This document shows positions 58,619 to 64,000 of a stretch of 64,000 nt of DNA, in pieces. The DNA is from an uncultured bacterium (GTDB lineage Bacteria > Verrucomicrobiota > Kiritimatiellia > CAIKKV01 > CAITUY01). How positions within the stretch are numbered: position 1 is the stretch's first letter; each line of letters starts with the position of its first letter. The notes beneath the pieces were generated by a model. That model was given only the letters and a program-made list of their open reading frames with translations. It was not told the origin of the DNA and did not search any database. The position numbers were made by a program, and so were the translations under genes. The DNA lies in the NCBI GenBank assembly GCA_903958395.1, contig CAJBSZ010000008.1:2394-66393 (forward strand), written 5' to 3'.

Positions 58619-59962
58619 CAGTTTGGCCATCTTGTAGCCCAGGATTCGCCGGGTGGTTCCCAGTGCGCGGGCAGCCCGGGTTTGGTTTCCTTTGGATTCC
58701 CGGAGTGCATTCAGGATCAGCTCCCGCTCACAGGCCGATATGGCGCTTTCCAAATCAATTCCCTCCCGTCTGGCGGGTGAGGCACTGACCGGTCTTCCCT
58801 GGATGAATTCGGGAAGATGACCGGGGACGATCAACTCCTGTTTGCCGTGCAACACGAGGGTGCGTTCAACGATGTTGCGAAGTTCCCGGATATTGCCCGG
58901 CCAGGAATAAGCGGCCAGTTTTTCCACGGCTTCAGCTGAAAAATCACGGGCGCTGTGATTCATGCTCTGCCGGAATAACCGGAGGAAATGCCGGGCGAGC
59001 AGGGGGATGTCCTGCATTCTTTTCCGGAGCGGCGGGAGTGTGATGGGAATGACGTTCAGCCGGTAATACAGGTCATCCCGGAACCGGTGCAGGCGTATCT
59101 CGTCTTCCAGGATCCGGGAAGTGGCGGTGATAATGCGGGCATGGGTCTTGATCACCTGGGTTCCCCCCAACCGCATATATTCGCGTTCCTGAAGCACCCG
59201 TAACAGTTTAACCTGCATGGCCAGCGACATCTCGCCCACTTCATCGAAAAAAAGTGTTCCGGATCCAGCCAGATCGAACCGGCCCATTTTTCGGGTGTCA
59301 GCACCCGTGAAAGCGCCCTTTTCATGACCGAATAATTCGCTCTCCATCAGGGTTTCCGGCAAGGCCGAGCAATGGATGGGGATAAACGGTTCATCGGCCC
59401 GCGGACTGAGCCGGTGCAGACGCCGGGCAATCAGTTCTTTTCCAGTGCCGCTTTCCCCCTGGATCAGGACGGTCGCGTTGCTGGTTGAAGCCTGTTGGAC
59501 GGCCGTGAGGGTTTCAAGGAAGGCTGGTGCCTGGCCGACGAGCTCATCGGTGGGGTGTTCCCGTGACACTTCGTCCTGAAGAATGACGACCCGGCGGCGC
59601 AGGGCGCTGGTTTCAATAACCCGGGCCACGATGCGCCGGATTTCCTCCACATCGAAGGGCTTGATGACGAAGTCGCCCGCCCCCGCCTTCATGGCCTCCA
59701 CCACCGGCCGTACCGCCGGTGAGGCGCTGACCATGACACACGGAAGGCCCGGATGGAGCTCATTCAATTCCTTTAATAAAGTAACCCCGTCCTTTTCCGG
59801 CATCATCACGTCCAGCATGACGATATCCACGGGATGGTCGTTCAATTCCCTGAGGGCGGCGGCGGCATTCTCGGCGAGCCGGGTATGGTAAAGGCGTGAA
59901 AAAGTTTGGCGAAGGGATTCGCGACTGCCCCGGTCATCGTCAACAATGAGCATGGTTTTCAT
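58598..59962 (-). CDS. Sigma-54-dependent response regulator (NtrC/Fis family)
   Basis: REC domain [17 protein letters not shown]+ domain [21 protein letters not shown] motif. C-terminal HTH. Confidence 0.85.
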   Translation of the reverse strand: MKTMLIVDDDRGSRESLRQTFSRLYHTRLAENAAAALRELNDHPVDIVMLDVMMPEKDGVTLLKELNELHPGLPCVMVSASPAVRPVVEAMKAGAGDFVIKPFDVEEIRRIVARVIETSALRRRVVILQDEVSREHPTDELVGQAPAFLETLTAVQQASTSNATVLIQGESGTGKELIARRLHRLSPRADEPFIPIHCSALPETLMESELFGHEKGAFTGADTRKMGRFDLAGSGTLFFDEVGEMSLAMQVKLLRVLQEREYMRLGGTQVIKTHARIITATSRILEDEIRLHRFRDDLYYRLNVIPITLPPLRKRMQDIPLLARHFLRLFRQSMNHSARDFSAEAVEKLAAYSWPGNIRELRNIVERTLVLHGKQELIVPGHLPEFIQGRPVSASPARREGIDLESAISACERELILNALRESKGNQTRAARALGTTRRILGYKMAKLSLSATS

Positions 59963-61968
59963 GAGGGGCTCCCCGTTTTAGGGAGGAGAAGAGGTAGCCG
60001 GATGGTGATCAGGACTCCAAATTCATTCGAGTGAACGGTGATGGTTCCACTGTGGTCAAGAATGGTTCGGCGGACGATGGGGAGCCCCAGGCCGAGCCCC
60101 CGGGCCTTGGTGGTGGAGAAAGGCGAAAACAATTTATCAAGCATATCCGGCGCGATACCGGGTCCGTTATCCTTGAAAACGAGGGTTATGGCCGGGGTCT
60201 GCCCGGGATCCTCGACGAGGCGCAGGGTAAGGGTGATTTCCGCGTTGGGTGTGGCGGCCAGAGCCTCTTTGGAGTTTGTCAGGATATGGGTGAACGCTTC
60301 AATGAGGGCACGGTCATCACCTTGGATGGCAGGGAGGGTGTCCGGGGCGGAAACAGTAACGCGGATCTTGGAAGGCGGCTCAGTCGGGAAGACGCGGGCA
60401 CAGGCTGAGGCAATACAGGCCTGGGGTTGAATGGCTTTGAAAGAGAGAGCCGGGGGATGGGCGAAGGCATGGATCTGATCCACGATGCTATTCAACCGTT
60501 CGACTTCGGATGAAACGAGATCCTTGAATTCATGCTGGAATTCCGTGTCCTGATAGCGTTCCGGAAGGAGTTGGGCAAAGGTTTTGATCGCCACGAGGGG
60601 ATTGCGAACCTCGTGTGACATGCTGGCCGCCAGTTCGGCCCAGAAGGTGGCACGATCCAGGCGATCCTCCTTTTCCTTCATATTCTTCTGGTCGGTGATG
60701 TCCTGAACCACGACCACGGCGCCGAGGCAACGGGCTGGAGAGGACAGTCTGCGGGTGCGGGCCGTGAAGGAGCGTTGCGTGGAGGACTCCATCCATTCGG
60801 CTGATTGGGGTGAGCCGCTTTCCCCGAGGGTGCGACGGAGCAGGTCAGCCAGGCGGCCTCCCAGTCCCTCAATCGGGCGGCCAACGGCAACGGCGGACTG
60901 GATGCCGAGGAGGCTCTGGGCGGTATCGTTATACCACCGGACAATGCCGTCATCATCCACGGCGATGATCCCGTTGGGAATGGAATGCAGGAGGGTTTCC
61001 GCCAGGGTTTTTTGAATGGTGATTTCCTCATAGAGCAGGGCGTTTTCCAGTGTCGTGGAAACGCACTCGGTCAGGGTGATGAGTTTGTGAAGGTGCCGGT
61101 CGTCAAACGGCAGGCCTGTGGCCAGATGCCCCACAAAGAGCCACCCCATGATCCGGTCCCGGGATTGGAGTGGAATCAGTATTTCAGCCCCCATCTGATC
61201 CAGAAGATCCTGTAGCATCAGCCGGGTGGTAGGGTTTCGTACATGGGTAAGATTGGTGCGGGTGACAGCGTGGGAGTGGTTTGCCAGCCACAGGACTTGC
61301 GGATGGGTTTCCGAGTATTCCAGACTGGAAGTGGACTCGAGGCAGCGCAGGCCCGCCCGGAGCCGATAGGACGCCACATCCCGGGTGCGGCAAAAAATCC
61401 CCACACGGGAAACCCGAAGGGATCCGGCCACTTCGTCAACCAGTCGGTGCAGGAGGGTTTCCACATGGGTGAAATGGCGCAAGGCGGCCGAAAAATCCCT
61501 GATATCCAGGGAGGAATCCGTATCTGGCTGAGGAAGGCGGTGGGCGACCTCGGTTATGGCGTTGAGCCTGAGGGTTTCCTGCCTGAGGAGCCGATTTTCG
61601 GCCGCCAGTTCAAGATGGGCCAGCGCCTGCTGAACAAGATGGGTCAAGCGATGGCAACTCACTTCGCTTGCTTCCAGGGCATAAACGCCCTGCCGGGCGG
61701 CCTCGAGCATGGGATCGGATGTGGCGGTTCCAAAGACGATGACCAGGGTGTTGGGATAGCGATGGCTGAGGGTGCTCAACAGATCCAGGGCGCCCGTTGT
61801 TTGAAGATCGAGCAATACAAGACTGGCGGGGTGTTGTTCCAGAAAGCCCTGGAGTAAAGGCGGAGTTCCGAAGGGATGAAGCAACATCAGAGGCGACAGG
61901 AAAGCGCCGATGCGGGTTGCCCAGGGAGTGTCGGATGTGTAGAGCAGACAGGATGCGTGTGCGGTCAT
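59959..61968 (-). CDS. Cytoplasmic sensor histidine kinase with receiver-like N-domain, GAF and PAS domains
   Basis: H-box MSHEVRNPLVAIKTFAQLL. HATPase DNGPGIAPDM...GLGLGLPIV. 4-nt overlap with the downstream regulator gene. Confidence 0.8.
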   Translation of the reverse strand: MTAHASCLLYTSDTPWATRIGAFLSPLMLLHPFGTPPLLQGFLEQHPASLVLLDLQTTGALDLLSTLSHRYPNTLVIVFGTATSDPMLEAARQGVYALEASEVSCHRLTHLVQQALAHLELAAENRLLRQETLRLNAITEVAHRLPQPDTDSSLDIRDFSAALRHFTHVETLLHRLVDEVAGSLRVSRVGIFCRTRDVASYRLRAGLRCLESTSSLEYSETHPQVLWLANHSHAVTRTNLTHVRNPTTRLMLQDLLDQMGAEILIPLQSRDRIMGWLFVGHLATGLPFDDRHLHKLITLTECVSTTLENALLYEEITIQKTLAETLLHSIPNGIIAVDDDGIVRWYNDTAQSLLGIQSAVAVGRPIEGLGGRLADLLRRTLGESGSPQSAEWMESSTQRSFTARTRRLSSPARCLGAVVVVQDITDQKNMKEKEDRLDRATFWAELAASMSHEVRNPLVAIKTFAQLLPERYQDTEFQHEFKDLVSSEVERLNSIVDQIHAFAHPPALSFKAIQPQACIASACARVFPTEPPSKIRVTVSAPDTLPAIQGDDRALIEAFTHILTNSKEALAATPNAEITLTLRLVEDPGQTPAITLVFKDNGPGIAPDMLDKLFSPFSTTKARGLGLGLPIVRRTILDHSGTITVHSNEFGVLITIRLPLLLPKTGSPS

Positions 61969-63998
61969 AACGGCTTTGCCTCCGTAATGAGGGGGAATGT
62001 CAGGATGAATGTGGTGCCCTGTCCGACCTGGCTCTGGATATCAATACTCCCGTTATGTTCATGAATGATGCCATGGGCCACCGAAAGGCCCAAGCCGGTT
62101 CCCTGGCTCTTGGTGGTAAAGAACGGATCGAAAACGTGGGAGAGATTTTCAGGGGCAATTCCGGAACCGGTGTCCTGGATGGAGACCCGGATAGCGGGGG
62201 TGTGGCGGGGTCCATTTTCCCCGTTGTGGGCGGGGTGCAGGGTGGTGACCGTCAGGGTTCCGCCGTCCGGCATTGACTCGATGGCGTTCAAAAGGAAGTT
62301 GACAAAAGCCTGGCCGAGTTGGTCTCCATCGGCGTTGATCCGGTCTGAGTCCAGGGTAAATGACGCAACGAGCTGAATGTTATTGGTGCGCAATTGTTGC
62401 TGGAGGAGTTTGAGGGTGTTGCTCAGGATTTCATGGAGTGAGGAGGGGGCCAGGACCGGCGTGGAGGGACGTGAAAACCGGAGGAGCTGGTTGACGATGG
62501 AGTCAATGCGTTTAACTTCGCCGCCCACCAGCGAGGAAAATGTGTCCCGGAAATCGGCGTCGTCGTAACGCTCGGGCAGGAGCTGGGTGAATGTTTTAAT
62601 GGAGACAAGCGGATTCTTGATTTCGTGGGCCATTCCGGCGGCCAGGGTTCCGAGGCTGGCCAGGCGATCGGTCCGGCGAACCTGGAGTTCCAATTGCCGG
62701 ACCGCGGACAAGTCGGTGATGACCAGAAAGGCTCCGAGCATCGTTCCGGAATGGCCATAAAAGACAGAACTGCTGACGCGGATGGGAATGGGATCACCGG
62801 TGGGGAGAGAAAGGGAGACTTCCCGATCACGGATTCCTTCGCTGTGGGCAATGGTGTCGGTGAGGAGCGTTGCCAGGGCGGGGGGAAGGGTAAACAGGGA
62901 GTGGTTCACGGTCTTATCCAGGGGCAGTTGAGTGATGCGTTGAGCCTCGCGGTTGAAGACGGTGATTTTACCGTCCTGATTGGCGGCGATGACCCCGCTG
63001 ACCAGGTTATCGACCAGGATATCGTTGTAGATTTTTCCATCCTGAAGTTGCGTGTAGAGCCGGGCGTTATTGAGTGCCACGGCGAGGTGGTTGCAGAGAA
63101 GCTGGACGGCCTGTTGTTCGGGAGTTCCGTAGATGGTGCCCGAAAGCCGTGGGCCAAGGAGGACGAGTCCCTCCAGTCCCTCCTGGGATCGAAGGCCGAC
63201 CGCCGCTGCGAATCCCTTTTCCTCCAGAAGAAGACACGCCTTTATAATGTGAGCCTCAGGTTTCACCCGGTACTGGAGTTCCGGAACGAGGGGGCCTTCA
63301 GTCTGGAAGAGGGCTTCAGGAAGGGTGCTATCCGCAGGGAAGGAGAGGCCTGGCGGATGCTCGATGATGGGGAACCGTTGCTCATGAGTTCCGGAGACAT
63401 TAATCAGAATGCAGACGCGATCCGTTCCCACAGTGGCCATCATCAGGGTTGAGAATTTTTCGAGCAGAGCGTCAAGTGTATTGATAGAGCGCAGAAGGGT
63501 ATTGGCAGAATGTGCGAGTTGATTCATGTCGAGGGGGGCAAGGTGTACAAACAGGCGGCTGGCCAATCGCTGCATCAATCCACTGGCGGGTGCCAGGGAA
63601 ATCGCCACCACCAGGGAGGCGACGAAATAAGGGAGGGACGAGAATGGCACCCAAATCGCTTCGAGTATCCGGTTCAGGAGCGCCCAGACGCCGGCGTACA
63701 AGGCCGCCAGATAAACGAGCAGTAGTGCATAGGCGGTCAACCTGCGCATGATGTAGGCCACATCCATGATGCGGCGGGTGGCAATTCCATAGGCGATGAC
63801 CACGTACAGGCAGATCACCGATAGGGGGGTGAATTGGACGGATTGGGAGTTTTCGGTAATGACCGGAATGACCAGTGCGGTGAAAATGCCAATGAAGACA
63901 CTGGAGCCGCTGCCCAGAAGAATGAATTGCAGTTCAGTTTTCTGGATGCCGCGTGTCTTCCTGAGGTCGCCGACAAACCGGTGGATCAGTAAGCCCAT
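61965..63998 (-). CDS. Membrane sensor histidine kinase (multi-TM N-terminal domain, GAF/PAS, HisKA, HATPase); N-terminus possibly beyond window
   Basis: At least 5 TM helices at the N-terminus. H-box MAHEIKNPLVSIKTFTQLL. DTGSGIAPENL...GTGLGLSVAHGII. The ATG at 63996-63998 is 2 nt from the window edge. Confidence 0.75.
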   Translation of the reverse strand: MGLLIHRFVGDLRKTRGIQKTELQFILLGSGSSVFIGIFTALVIPVITENSQSVQFTPLSVICLYVVIAYGIATRRIMDVAYIMRRLTAYALLLVYLAALYAGVWALLNRILEAIWVPFSSLPYFVASLVVAISLAPASGLMQRLASRLFVHLAPLDMNQLAHSANTLLRSINTLDALLEKFSTLMMATVGTDRVCILINVSGTHEQRFPIIEHPPGLSFPADSTLPEALFQTEGPLVPELQYRVKPEAHIIKACLLLEEKGFAAAVGLRSQEGLEGLVLLGPRLSGTIYGTPEQQAVQLLCNHLAVALNNARLYTQLQDGKIYNDILVDNLVSGVIAANQDGKITVFNREAQRITQLPLDKTVNHSLFTLPPALATLLTDTIAHSEGIRDREVSLSLPTGDPIPIRVSSSVFYGHSGTMLGAFLVITDLSAVRQLELQVRRTDRLASLGTLAAGMAHEIKNPLVSIKTFTQLLPERYDDADFRDTFSSLVGGEVKRIDSIVNQLLRFSRPSTPVLAPSSLHEILSNTLKLLQQQLRTNNIQLVASFTLDSDRINADGDQLGQAFVNFLLNAIESMPDGGTLTVTTLHPAHNGENGPRHTPAIRVSIQDTGSGIAPENLSHVFDPFFTTKSQGTGLGLSVAHGIIHEHNGSIDIQSQVGQGTTFILTFPLITEAKPL

Positions 63999-64000
63999 GT

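Overview
This is a high-GC (about 60%) bacterial chromosomal window with dense, mostly +-strand coding. The family signatures point to a Planctomycetes-Verrucomicrobia-Chlamydiae (PVC) group organism. The main pointer is a type IV pilus-like locus whose PilO-position gene resembles the Akkermansia Amuc_1100 family. Housekeeping genes (lgt, purD, purE, tsaC-like, rpiB-glyA fusion, cydAB, mutL, clpB, psd/pssA, udg, DEAD-box helicase, tRNA-Cys) are interleaved with envelope and signalling modules. The first module is a zinc-ribbon Ser/Thr kinase and a PHP phosphoesterase directly upstream of a pilM-pilN fusion / Amuc_1100-like / EF-hand-loop protein / secretin cluster. The second is two proton-motive-force motor modules: ExbB-ExbD-ExbD with TPR partners, and a TolQ-TolR pair. 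The third is several two-component and c-di-GMP proteins. I found no CRISPR array, integrase, transposase or recognisable phage/defence island. The most unusual structure is the ExbB-ExbD-ExbD operon. Its TonB position is occupied by a membrane-anchored protein with a TonB-like N-terminus (transmembrane anchor plus Glu/Pro-rich spacer) but a squalene-cyclase/prenyltransferase-like (QW-motif) alpha/alpha-toroid C-terminal domain. It sits next to a zinc-ribbon-anchored GspG-like pseudopilin that lacks a prepilin signal, and an RG-rich protein with a C2H2-like zinc-finger motif. All calls are from manual reading of the six-frame translations and DNA motifs; no database searches were run. Coordinates of small features, and any start refined by line-counting rather than from the ORF track, may be off by 1-2 nt.
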